A stretch of 63,069 nucleotides of DNA, filler included, from Craspedostauros australis (Eukaryota), in the NCBI GenBank assembly GCA_030167865.1. It is 11 parts of 11 records of this genome, joined end to end, with 100 filler letters (N's around TTAATTAATTAA, not from the genome) between each part and the next. Parts side by side here need not be neighbours in the genome. Positions count along the whole stretch, not along the records: positions 30,772 to 44,126 come from JALAGF010000161.1; 10 more parts are not named here. One strand, written 5' to 3'. The position numbers and the translations under genes were made by a program. Positions 31,452-42,822 of this stretch are shown here, in pieces (the first letter of the stretch is position 1; every line of letters begins with the position of its first letter). Under the pieces are notes generated by a model, which was not told the DNA's origin, did not search any database, and saw only the letters and a list, made by a program, of their open reading frames with translations.

Positions 31452-33199
31452 TTACTCGTAGATCCAGTCGACGGAGTGGGAAGTCCAGTCCAGGACCTCA
31501 CTTTCGTCGAACCAGAGGGAGATCTCACGCTCGGCATTGTCGACGGAGTCACTTCCGTGGCAGATGTTGCGCCCGACTTCGATGCAAAAGTCACCGCGGA
31601 TGGTGCCTGGGGCGGATTCCAGTGGGTTGGTGGCACCGAGCATCTTGCGTCCTGTGGTGACGGCCTCCTTGCCTTCCCACACCATGCACACGACCGGTCC
31701 GCTGAGCATGTAATCCTTCAGCTTTGGGAAGAATGGCTTGTCGACGAGGTCCTTGTAGTGCTCCTCCAACAGCTCGGCGGTTGCTTGTTTGGTCTTCATG
31801 GCGGAGAGCTTGTATCCCTTCTGTTCGAATCGGCTCACGATGTTGCCAACGATTCCTCTCTACGGCACCCATTCATGTTGCGGGGAGATGTTGGATCAAC
31901 GTGGTTGCCAGTGCCATCATGGTGACGACAATTCCACATGATTATGGTGCAGTGTAAATACGTCGTATGATAGCACGAGTTGGTGTGCAAATCAACAGAC
32001 ATCGCGTTCAGGTTTCGGCGCGATCAAAGACGCCGAGATATGATTGAAAGAGATGATAACGTTAGAAATGCACATGGAGTGGAATGAGGTAAGCGCTGCA
32101 CTAGTCGAACAGGACGGCGCGCAGGAATACCAAAAGATTCCTTGTTTTCGAATGCAATGCGATTGCTGTCGCAAGCGCTACAACAAGCAGGTCTCGTTGG
32201 CGCACTGCGTGTCGAAGGCGATGTCCTGGTCACGTTGCCGACATCTTGCATTGTGGCCAATGAGACTGGCCATGTTGCTGTGCTGCTGTTCCGCTGTTCT
32301 GCCTTTCTGTAAGGATGTGGATGTGTCGATCCATCGTTGATTGTTGCTGCTGATAATACAACAACATCAACTTGGCATCGGGTGCGCTGTGAAGATCGAC
32401 TGAAGTGTCATAGCAGTACTCTGCCGTGCGAGCAGGTGTGCGGGAATGGAATCATGCCGGGGATTGCTTGGACGACGGTGCCTTCGCCGTTGCCTTTTCT
32501 TCCGTTTTAATCCAGAAACCGATGGAGGCAGGCATCACCTTTGCTTTGTTGGCACGCGGCGTGCACTGTCCATGTGTGTGACTCGTGTGGTATGGTATGG
32601 TAGTATGCACCATTTTGCGCAATCGCCCCTCAACACCACTTGACAATGAATATTGCTGTTCATTCGGACAGTTGGGAAGCCTTACCTGGACACCATCTGG
32701 CTTGATCTGTCAAGGGAAAGATGGATTTGTTTGGGCACGGCATTTCAACGCGTGGCGTAGCAGGGCATTGGAATACCAAGCGCAGAGTATGAAAGAAGAG
32801 CAGCATGAAACGACATGTTAGCAAGAGTAGGTAGCACACGAGGATGACATCCTACAAAGGGCCGAAGCTGTTGCACATGATGTGCGAATGCCGATGGTTG
32901 CATTGCCGATGGGACCCCAGGAACATGATAGCACCAACAGGCCCTTTCGGTTGCAACCATGAAGGCATGCGTGTGGACAGAAAGGAATCCAGTGCGCGTA
33001 TAATACTCTATGTGGAGCATGGGTATTCACTGAATCCTCTCCAAAGCGAGAGCAACTGAAAACGCACCATGATGTATGTGCGCTCGGCAGCATTCATCGT
33101 CATCATTCCGCGACGGTTGATGCTGAAGCCAGCCTGCGGAGCGAAAGCATGGGCGGAGACGACCAGGACGGCGATGACGAGGGCGAGGAAGGACTTCAT
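31452..33199 (-). CDS. NDK: Nucleoside diphosphate kinase, plastid-targeted; exons 33199-33068, 32706-32686, 31859-31452
   Basis: Spliced product [25 protein letters not shown]...PGTIRGDF...NICHGSDS with canonical GT-AG sites; presequence [21 protein letters not shown]. Confidence 0.96.
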
Positions 33200-34012
33200 G
33201 ATTGGCTTCGTTGGTCTTGTTGGGGTGATGGCAAGTTGTGAGGATTGGCGCAGCACACAACAACGTCGACAAGAGAGGGGGGTACCACAGAGGAGCCTCC
33301 GATACACCGCAGACGCGTTCTCACAAACCGACTACTGCCGATCTGCACGTACTCGGACCAACGCTTGACACATCAGATCACATCCCGCGTGTGTTCGTCC
33401 AAAGTGTGTACCGTCGGAATGCAGAGCACGCGAGGTGTCACCCTTTTGGTGGCCACCTCGCGCCACAAACGCGCAACGAAGAAGGGAAAGATTCGTTTTG
33501 GTGGTTGGCACACTGACGCATCTTGTTTGGATGAGAAGTTGTTGCGATGGATGGCACGACCGATACGACTCTTAGTGAGGTATCTTGTTGGAATCGATCG
33601 ATCAAATTCGGCCCAGAACCTGTTTCGAGCCGCAAACGGGTTGGAAACACGGACGACGGAAGGAAGGGCGAAAACAATGGGTTTGTGTGGAGGTTGCTTG
33701 CCCGCCATGGTGCTGTCGTTGTGTCGTCACGTTGCTGCGTTGTTGCGAAACCCGCGCAAGCAGTAAATCCAACACGAAGAGGCCAAGAAGCGCTGTTGCA
33801 TTGGTGTGCGGTTGGGGCTGCTGAGAACTGCTATGCTAATACCCTGGCGCGCGCAACAGGAACCTGCCTGACACCGTGCCTGCAATCCAGCAGCATCGTG
33901 GAGACGACACACACCACACTAGCATCGGCACGAGCATCATCCGCTCGACTCGACTGCTCCACGTCGTTGCACTTCACCGCACGAGGCATCCGCAGCAATC
34001 GCAACCGTCACC

Positions 34013-35730
34013 ATGGCCGACACAGCAGCGTTCTTCGCCAACAAGAAGAAGAAGAAAAAGGCGTTCAAGTTCAATGCCAACAAGATCAACCTCGCGAGTG
34101 CCACCACCGCTATCCACGTGTGAGTTGCGTTGCGCTGCGCTGCATAATATCACATTGCATTGCTTGACTTGACTTGACTTGACTTGGCTGGGAGAGTACC
34201 CGTGGCCGCGCCATCATGGGCCGTGTTGTTGTCTGCTTGCTCGCATTGTTGGCGGTCGCGCGGACTCCAGACCTCTTCCAAACAGACCGCCGAGCAGAGG
34301 CGGGACGATGGGATGTTCGGCAGGATGCTCGATGGAACGCTTGACGCGGTTGCACGATCAGCATCGCAACGAACCGTCGCACTGGCTTCCCATTTCAACG
34401 CAAGCTTACGCAGCAGCATCCGCAAGAGAGCACTCCTGGGCACTCTGCTCTGCACAAGTCCGCCGGATCGTTCCGTGCTGCTCCATCCTCTCCAGAGAGT
34501 AGACTAGAGCAGAGCAGAGTACTCTACTTGACCCCGTCACGACGCAATGCAGCGCAGTGCCATGGGATGTGTGCTCTGACAAAACACAGCAGAACATCTA
34601 CAGTGCGATGCAAGTGTGACAAAGTGGTATCACATATCATGCAATATTACAGAATACTATACATAACATTATATTATACAATGCAACTATTCCATGATAC
34701 ACTTGCTCAACCAACACCTCACAAAATCCAACCGTCATCCATGCTGCCAATACCCATGGTTCTTCTCTCCATTTCTTCTCCTCGTTCGTCTTGCGACATG
34801 ACTTCTCGCCCGCTCCACTAATACCTTCGCTATCACCCTCGCACGATACACAGTGATGCCCCAGCACTGTCCAGCAACGATGCGTCGCAAGCAACCGACA
34901 ATGCCGTGATCTCCAAGGCGGCCGAAACCGGCACGGATGGGCGCAAGGCGACCCACGATCAGTGGGATGATGAAGCATTGGCAGCGAGCATGTCGAAGAA
35001 GACCGGAGTTGCCGCGGCCGGACCGGCTACCACAGCAGAATTGCTTGACATGAAGTCACTCGATTTGAAGAGAGACGAGGAGGAGGACATTGCGGAGAAG
35101 CTCAGGATCGAGGAAACCAAGAAGCAGCTTGCTGCGGCGAAGGAGGGAATGGAGAAGGAGGCGCAAAGGATTAAGGACGAAAAGGAAAAGAAGGACCAGG
35201 CCCAGACAGCCTCAGCGGCGGCGAAGCCAAACCGATGGCTCCCAGCGCACGCACGTGGTGGAGGTCTTTCCGGGAGCAGCAGATTCGGCCTTGCGTCCAA
35301 GATGTCGCAAAAGCTTGACACGCAGAGCGAGGAGCTCTTCCCAGATCTCGCTTCAGCTTCCAAAATCATTGAGGAGCAGAAGCAGCAGCAACCAGCGTAC
35401 AAGGCGCCGAAGAAAACACCTGTGGGCGGCGGCGCCACCTGGGGTTCCAGACCAAAGCTCAACCTCACCAGCAAGAAGGTCTCCAAACCGCCCACCACTG
35501 ATGACGCGGCGGCACCTGATTCCGGAGTCAGCAAAACGCCTGCCTCGACCGCTGCAGCATCCACTGCGGCAGCGCCATCCGAACCGGAGACGAAGAAGGA
35601 GGAGGCCGACAAGCCAAAGGCAGCAGCCGATCCAGAGCAGCCACCGGCTGCCGCGGCGCCAGTAGCACCGATCAAGCCAAAGAAGAAGAAAAAGAAAAAG
35701 GACTTGTCAACGTTCAAGCCAAAGGCCTAG
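34013..35730 (+). CDS. CDV3-like protein; exons 34013-34119 and 34854-35730
   Basis: N-terminal AFFANKKKKKK; GTGAGT...CAG intron joins in frame (IHV-DAPAL); later DTQSEELFPDL motif. Confidence 0.7.
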
Positions 35731-35965
35731 GGCGGGCGCCTCCACGCTGTGTGTGTGAGGATTATCGCCGCACCATATCCAACAAGCTCCGAGTAGACCT
35801 TGCACTAAAAGTAGACTGCCCTTGCTTCAGCTCTGATCACCCTATCTCTCTTTCTCTCTTCATATGCGTGAGAGGACAACAGACACACCATACTGGTACT
35901 GTGGATGAGAGTAGAGTCCTCTGGAATAGCGTTACATGTGCCATACTGTCTGCCCGTCGCGACAT

Positions 35966-37156
35966 CTACCCCCGATCGTCGCGCCCAGCCACCATGCTTT
36001 CAATGTCAGCGTCGATCGCCATGAGGCATTGGAGCGCCGACATGGAGATGCCGATGGACTCGAACCTATCCTGGGAAGTTCGATCGACTGCGTGTTCTTG
36101 GGGATTGATCCGGATGTGGACGCACTGCTGACTCCCGACGCATCGCTGACCCGTATCGCGCACGACATCCTCGCACTCCTTGCGCACGCTGGGTACCCGC
36201 GTGCCGCAACCAAGCTCGAGCACGACGAACTTCAGATCGGCATTGCCTTCCATCGCGGCCTCCACCCGAGCCTCCCATGCCTGGTACTGGTCCGAACTGA
36301 GGTGAATCCCAATTCGATCATGCTCCTGAAAGCCATCATCAAACATCAGGACCGCCGGTCGGAATCGTTGCTGGGTCGCCATGACCGTACCGTCGCTTGG
36401 ATCGTGTCGACATAGGCTGCCCAGATGCTCCTCGACAGCTTCGGCAGAGCGTATCTCCTGGTTCTCATTGTCCACATCAAACCGAAACTCCGGTTGGAGA
36501 TGGATGCTTCCGCGCGCGGTTGACGGTGAGCTGCTGGTATTGGTTTTGCTGTTGGCTTTGCTTCTGACTTCGCTTGTGGGAGTGGCATCATTGGCAACAC
36601 CACGACCTCCATGACCTTTGGTGAATGATCGCGCTGGATGAGATGCAGGAGCCGGTTCCGCGTTGGGTCCTGGCAGGTTCAACCAAACGTCGATTCGGCC
36701 ATGAATCTCGTGGATGTGATTGTCTTCAAAGCCCTCCCTTCGGAAGTACCCATCCACGTTGCTTGTGTAGATGTAGTACGGCGCTCCTGTCCTGTTGGCG
36801 CCCGTACTGGCGCTGTCGTCAAAGGTAAGCGCTCGACGCTGCGCGATGCGGTTGCACCACTTCCGAATGATCCGGTACCCGTCATGGGGCCTCGATCGAT
36901 GATAGGCGTTGAAGCAGGCTCCCCAGAACCCGTAGAACAACGAGGGCCGTTCCAGCAGGCAGCTGATCCGACAGAGATCGCCGTACTCCACGCCCTGGCT
37001 CTTGTACGCAGGATGCAGCGCGACATCGGCGTAGGTGGGCAAACCGGAATCTGCCGAAAATCCAGCACCAGCGGCCACGATGAGGAAGTCGCAGCACGAC
37101 AGATGCAGCGCCGCCTGTCGGATGAGGTCCTCGTTGTTTGTGACGCTCGTTGACAT
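35966..37156 (-). CDS. Sir2-family NAD-dependent deacylase (sirtuin)
   Basis: AAGAGFSADSGLPTY, YTSNVDG, HEIHG, RPAVLMFDD, VLELGCG, IRINP. Confidence 0.88.
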   Translation of the reverse strand: MSTSVTNNEDLIRQAALHLSCCDFLIVAAGAGFSADSGLPTYADVALHPAYKSQGVEYGDLCRISCLLERPSLFYGFWGACFNAYHRSRPHDGYRIIRKWCNRIAQRRALTFDDSASTGANRTGAPYYIYTSNVDGYFRREGFEDNHIHEIHGRIDVWLNLPGPNAEPAPASHPARSFTKGHGGRGVANDATPTSEVRSKANSKTNTSSSPSTARGSIHLQPEFRFDVDNENQEIRSAEAVEEHLGSLCRHDPSDGTVMATQQRFRPAVLMFDDGFQEHDRIGIHLSSDQYQAWEARVEAAMEGNADLKFVVLELGCGTRVPSVRKECEDVVRDTGQRCVGSQQCVHIRINPQEHAVDRTSQDRFESIGISMSALQCLMAIDADIESMVAGRDDRG

Positions 37157-39346
37157 CGTGCTTTGTCATGGTCTCTTGATGGGCCGATCGTCGGCTCCAG
37201 ACTGTGTTTCCACTGGAGTGATGCATCAGGCGTCAGGAAGTTCCGTGACCGTCATGCATGGGTGATGGGTGATGCGCGATGGCTGATGGGGGGAATGGAT
37301 CGTTGGTGGATCGCAGATGGTCCGTTTTCCAAGACCGTCTTGGTTTCAAGACCATCTTCGTCCGTTTGCGTCTGGGTCTGCACCAGATACAGTATTATTA
37401 CCGCCGCTCCCATTGCTCCATATTAACTAGCACTATTTAAGTCTGTCCTTGTACGGAGGTGGCTGGACTTGAACTTATTGGAGTGAAGTTGTCTGTGGCG
37501 TCCGCCGCTCTGATGCCTCGTACCATGCTCTGGTTGAGCCAGCCAGCCACCCTGCCTCCCTCATGCGCCTTCTTCTGTGAGACTTCATCCGCTCACTGTG
37601 GCTTCCCGCAGAGCGTAGGCTTGTGAAGGGAAGTAACACCGCAAATGTTTGCATCGTGCAGAGCACGCCGCACCTGCGATGCCAGAGGAGAACAGATGGA
37701 GTCATCAAGAATGCTCCGCCGCTTGTGTGCCAGTGGTTCAACTGCTGCGCAAGGTACGAGAAGGTAGAACAGAGCAGATTTATTTTAGCACGTGCAGACG
37801 CCCCCTGCTGTGCGCGTCGCGACAGCTGATGACCGCGAGATACAAGCATGTTTGCGCCTGTTTTGCCTGAAACATGTGAGCACAGCAACCGATACCGCAT
37901 CTCCTACTTCTTCCGCCACGAGCTACATTGGGTACCATCGCTGGATATAGTAGCTTTTGATCTCCAGCAGAGTACTACACGTTGAAGCGGCCAATACCAG
38001 CACGGCATCGGGCCATTGCAGTGGTGTCCCTACCGGGTTCATCTGCAGCGTGGCGAGGCGATTGCACATCATGGGCTGCAATCAAACGAAGGCACCTCCA
38101 TGCTCCTCTAACTCCGAGGCGCTTGCTCCGAATGTCAGACATAGAGACAAAGAACACCTGACATGATAGATGGCGGCGCATACCGTCGGACGAACAGGAA
38201 GCGCGGTGGGCACGGCCATCAAGATGTGAACACAGTGCTGGCAATTGAATGCAACATGAGGCCAGCGCATCACCGCGTCCCTTCTATCACAGTGTACCCA
38301 CCCGCATACTGTGCATGTCATAGAGTACATGCTCCCCTATCGTGAAAGATAAGACGCTCCTCGAGAGTATGGTATTATACACAATATCATGCTCATGCGA
38401 GTCCTACTGTCGGCCCAAAAGCTCCCCAACCTCTGCGGTGTTCGCCAGAACGAAATCGCCATTTCGCTTGCGAGTCCAGAGTTTTGTGAGGAACGCTGGG
38501 ACCGAACGACGAAGATGTTCCAACGAATCTGTGATGTTCGTTTCGCTGGCATGTCACTGATCACGTTTCGTGTCACTCCCAATCATCACCACTGCGTGCG
38601 CAACGAAGACTGACGTGACATCATTGTGACCCGCAAAACATGACACGATCCAATCAGAACGTCCGCTCGGATGTCCTTGTTTATGTAGATTGTGTACCCG
38701 GACGTACGCATGACATGAAGTGTCATCTCCGCGTCCAGCCATCAGCGATCGTCCCACGCGGTGACGTACGACCCGTGAGCAAGGGGGAACAACAACAAAC
38801 AGCACAACGCGGAGCAGTCCCACAAGCAGACACGCATGTACGACTATGGTGTGGCGTGCTTCTGGTACGCGGAGACACAAGCACAAACACCAGATTCTCG
38901 TTTGGTGCGTCTGTGCGGCTCCCCTCGCCAAAAGACATCTCGCCACACGCAAGGAGGAGCTCGACGACGCGCGAGGTTTACGGTGAGGAAGTCGTGGTGC
39001 GCGGCACGCAAAAGAAAAGGAAAGAAAAGAAACACGAAAAGAAGAGCGCAAACCGACTTTCTCATTGCCGAACTCTGTGCGTGATTGCGCACTGCGCGAA
39101 TGGTGTCGGGATTCCGCAAAGCCAGAATTGTTCATAAAACACGAGCAACGAGAAACGAACTGAACGAACCAAACGAACCAGCTGCAATAGCAACACATAT
39201 CATACTCTCTCTCTCCCCCCTATCTATCTATCTATCTATCTATCTCTGGAGAGCATTGGCACTCCAGATTAATCTGAAGCATATCCTCACAGCAAGCCAC
39301 CGACCTTCTCCTTCCTTCTGCATCGCACGAGTCGGCCGTGCCCGAG

Positions 39347-41908
39347 ATGATTGACGCAACCATGGATGATGCTCTCCCTCGCACGCACCCTCACGAAGGA
39401 TGTAAACAGCAGCCGCAGCAGGAGGAAGACAGAGATGATAAGCAACGGATGTGCAAGCATCGATCTGGGCGTGAGCACGCAGAGTCTCAATCGCAGTCGC
39501 TGTCGCAGTCGTCAACCGACGCCACCAAAGCGATGTCGACATCGTCCGTCTGTGGTCCCACAGCAGCCACGAACGATGGCATGAATGCGACCGTGGTCCC
39601 CCACAACGCGACACAGAGGCCGATACGCAAGACTGACGCGGCGCGACCTGGTACCACCCATCGCGACGGCAAGAGGAACACCAGCGCGAGCAACTCAAGA
39701 AGTCGCGCCTGCAACGAGAATCTTGGGCATCGATCCGTGTCGCAATCCAGGCGAGGAGATATATCCACACCAGCGCTGCCTTCGAAGCATGGTCGTTACA
39801 TTTCTCCAGCGCAAGCGTCCTTCTTGATCGCCGTGCACTCGGCATATCTCATCAAGAGCATCTTCGATCTCAACGTGCCACTGTTCCGTGCAGGGAACCA
39901 CACGACGTTCGACGCAACGTTCGACGCGACGTTCGATGCAACGAACTGCGCCTTCATCTCCATCATCCTCAGCGTCGTGGCACTGGCCGTCGTTAGTCAA
40001 CCGCAGAAGACCAGCGAAATGGCAGACCGCGCAATCGCTGGTCCTTTGCGGTCGATCTACCATGCGTTGCGAGAGAGCCCGTCGCGATCATCCATCCTCA
40101 CCCAACTCAAGTCCGTCTCTTCTGCCAACGCCCTCGCCAGCATCGCAAGGGCATCGTCAGTAGAATCCTTCAACCGAATGTCGTCGAACTTACGGAAAAC
40201 CTTCACCCCGCATCCACCCCGAGGGACCAATGCATCCTCCTCGGTCGACTCCATCAGCGCGTCCAAACCATTCGTGCCCACCGAAGTCGTCAAAAGACTT
40301 GCTCTGGGCGACATCGCCATCATATTCGATTATTGCAGGAAGTGCAGCCACCCCAACTTCCACCGATCAGACTACCTCAAGGACAAGAAGAGGAGCATCC
40401 AATTCATTGCCGATGCCGTCGACGCTGTCGTCAAGGCATCTGTGGAGAACGGAACCGACCTTTCCATCACCTCGGAACGACTTGAGCAGCCAACCTCATC
40501 GCCAGCAGCAGCGGATCAAGGCGGCAGCCAGTCTGATGCGAACGCCGATGCAGGCGACTCCAAACCAAGCGTACTCTTTTACCTTGCTGCCTTGCGCGTT
40601 TACGCAGAATGGAGAGCCGTGCGCATGGTCCCGAAGAACAACGCGCGCTACACAGCCGCGATGCAGCTTGGGCGCCACGACATTGTGAGGAATGTGGAAA
40701 AGATCGAGCGCGTCGTGCACTCTTTTCTGAATCTCCAGCACTCCTCCAAGAATGATCAAAGCAGCGACGGCGACGATGATGCCGACGTTAATGCAGGCAG
40801 CAACTTACAATGCTTGACTGCGCTTCCGACGATGCGCCAGATTCTGAACCACGAAATCAACACATCCACCCATTCCAACCTCCCACGCCTCACCGAGAAC
40901 TCGGCAGCGAATGGTCTCTTGTGGACCATGCGACAGCTCAAGTACCAGACAAAGTACTTCGCGAATGTCAAATTGGTCCCCATCCAGTATCTGACAGCCA
41001 ACGATGTGGCGCTGGCTGCGTACACGGAAGTGTACAGCCCCTACCACAGATGGACCACCAGGCAGATCTTTCAGCATACAGTTGGCGCGTCGCCACCGTT
41101 GGACACCATCCTCGCGGCGATCGTCAACGACGACGGCACGTCCACGAACGAAGCCAGCACCAGCAATCACACCATCAGCGCCGGCAACAGCGATGAACCG
41201 AGCACGACAGCAGCACCAACACAGGGAACCACGCCAATGTTGTCCACAACAAATGTCTCTAACGGCAGAAACAATGACGCGACGTCCAGCGATGAACATT
41301 GGGACGGCGATCAGCTGACGCAGGGTGATAGCCCCACGCTTGTCTGCAACACTCAGTCAGCACCTGTGGGACCTTCATTACCTTCATTCTCTTGTTTGAT
41401 GCCTTCGTCGTCGTCGCCAGTCCCACCAGTTGGGCGGAAGATGTCGGACATTTCGGAAAGCACAGCTTCGCAGATTGCAAAGGCCGACGAAGGCAACGCA
41501 GGTGGCGATGTCGTCCTGATGTTTACAAAGGCAATCGAAAAAGAGTGGAACAAGGCCGTGTCCTTCCTCGGGACCATCCAGTGCGGTGCCAACAATGAGA
41601 AAACGAAGCAAACGAAATTCATCGACGGTTTAGTACCAGGCTGGGGGAATTCGGGCGCAGAGACCTCGCGATATCCACAAGGATGCGACGATGTGACTGC
41701 AGAGGATAAAAGAAGCATATCAGACAGCCCCCATGCATCCACCAGAGGCAGCAGCTTCTTCCCCTCCAACGTCAAGCCGACACGGAGGACGCTGGACCAC
41801 GTCACCAGAAGTGAGATTGATTTGTATCTCACACACATGGAGCCACTACTACTTGAAATGCAAGCATTGATTGATGAAATGAACATGGATGACCCTTCCA
41901 AGGTCTGA
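39347..41908 (+). CDS. Glycolipid transfer protein (GLTP)-like domain protein with upstream TM segments
   Basis: SAANGLLWTMRQL and AYTEVYSPYHRW resemble the GLTP motifs LLWLKR and AY..TL..YH.W; C-terminal MNMDDPSKV; two hydrophobic stretches near aa 155-220. Confidence 0.7.
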   Translation: MIDATMDDALPRTHPHEGCKQQPQQEEDRDDKQRMCKHRSGREHAESQSQSLSQSSTDATKAMSTSSVCGPTAATNDGMNATVVPHNATQRPIRKTDAARPGTTHRDGKRNTSASNSRSRACNENLGHRSVSQSRRGDISTPALPSKHGRYISPAQASFLIAVHSAYLIKSIFDLNVPLFRAGNHTTFDATFDATFDATNCAFISIILSVVALAVVSQPQKTSEMADRAIAGPLRSIYHALRESPSRSSILTQLKSVSSANALASIARASSVESFNRMSSNLRKTFTPHPPRGTNASSSVDSISASKPFVPTEVVKRLALGDIAIIFDYCRKCSHPNFHRSDYLKDKKRSIQFIADAVDAVVKASVENGTDLSITSERLEQPTSSPAAADQGGSQSDANADAGDSKPSVLFYLAALRVYAEWRAVRMVPKNNARYTAAMQLGRHDIVRNVEKIERVVHSFLNLQHSSKNDQSSDGDDDADVNAGSNLQCLTALPTMRQILNHEINTSTHSNLPRLTENSAANGLLWTMRQLKYQTKYFANVKLVPIQYLTANDVALAAYTEVYSPYHRWTTRQIFQHTVGASPPLDTILAAIVNDDGTSTNEASTSNHTISAGNSDEPSTTAAPTQGTTPMLSTTNVSNGRNNDATSSDEHWDGDQLTQGDSPTLVCNTQSAPVGPSLPSFSCLMPSSSSPVPPVGRKMSDISESTASQIAKADEGNAGGDVVLMFTKAIEKEWNKAVSFLGTIQCGANNEKTKQTKFIDGLVPGWGNSGAETSRYPQGCDDVTAEDKRSISDSPHASTRGSSFFPSNVKPTRRTLDHVTRSEIDLYLTHMEPLLLEMQALIDEMNMDDPSKV

Positions 41909-42234
41909 ACTAAACATCTAATATAATAATAGATTATAATGGAGGAAATTCACTAACCAGTCTTTGTGAAGTGCCGATTTGCACTGGAGAAAACGCTGGA
42001 CACAGAGAGAGCGAGAGAGGATACACGCGCTCCTGCGTGCGCTCGTAATATCACGTCATGCCACACAATCTGTCAATTCCCGTTCGTATCGGGCATGTGC
42101 AGAGAATCATCCTGTGAGTATAGTATGCACGAGAGTACTAATACTGTACGAGCTCCTCCATGCAAATATTCCACGTACGAGTATGTATGGTATTCCACGA
42201 AACATACGTGGGGGTACTTCTCGATGGCTCCACT

Positions 42235-42822
42235 CTACTTGGATCTCCTGTTGTTCTTGACTCTGAGCACGCCCTTCTTCATGAAACCGACACTTGGGGC
42301 AGGTCCGTAATGACGATTGATCTTGTTGCTTGCCGACGACCGCACATCATCCTTGCCCGCTTTTCGAGATTTGGATGGCACGACGATCCCTGCCTCCCTC
42401 GCTTCTCTGATCTGCCGAGCCTCTCTTTCCGCTGCCTTCTTTCGGATCCCGCGAACGATCGGGAGCGGGACCTTGGTCTTCTTCTTTTGCCTCCCCGTGA
42501 GCTTGAAGTATTCCTCATCCTCGTAGGCTCGTTTCTGTTTCCTCTCAAAGGCTGTAGCACCGTAGTCGCGGATTTCCTTCGCTGTTTCATTCCAATCGAG
42601 GAACTTTGCCTTCGTGCTTGGTCGGTCGCGATCTTGTTCATCATCCGCCAACGGGCGTTGATTGCTTCCAGTTGCTTTCGTGTGCTTGGCGCCAGTCCGA
42701 AATGGGGGAAACCCCGTTGGGCACTGCACGACTTGAACCTCGCGCTTCCCAGACTTTCTTGCTGCAGGAACTTGCTTGCGCTTTTCTTGGTCGGTCTTGC
42801 CATTGGCTTGGTTCTTGGACAT
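42235..42822 (-). CDS. Faf1/C1orf131 (DUF4602)-like 40S processome assembly factor
   Basis: Basic 195-aa protein with LTGRQKKKTKVPLPIVRGIRKK and C-terminal PSVGFMKKGVLRV. Confidence 0.7.
   Translation of the reverse strand: MSKNQANGKTDQEKRKQVPAARKSGKREVQVVQCPTGFPPFRTGAKHTKATGSNQRPLADDEQDRDRPSTKAKFLDWNETAKEIRDYGATAFERKQKRAYEDEEYFKLTGRQKKKTKVPLPIVRGIRKKAAEREARQIREAREAGIVVPSKSRKAGKDDVRSSASNKINRHYGPAPSVGFMKKGVLRVKNNRRSK

Noticed and set aside
37475..39300. Many short ORFs between the sirtuin and GLTP genes
   Set aside because: No consistent frame or motif; treated as intergenic or unknown.
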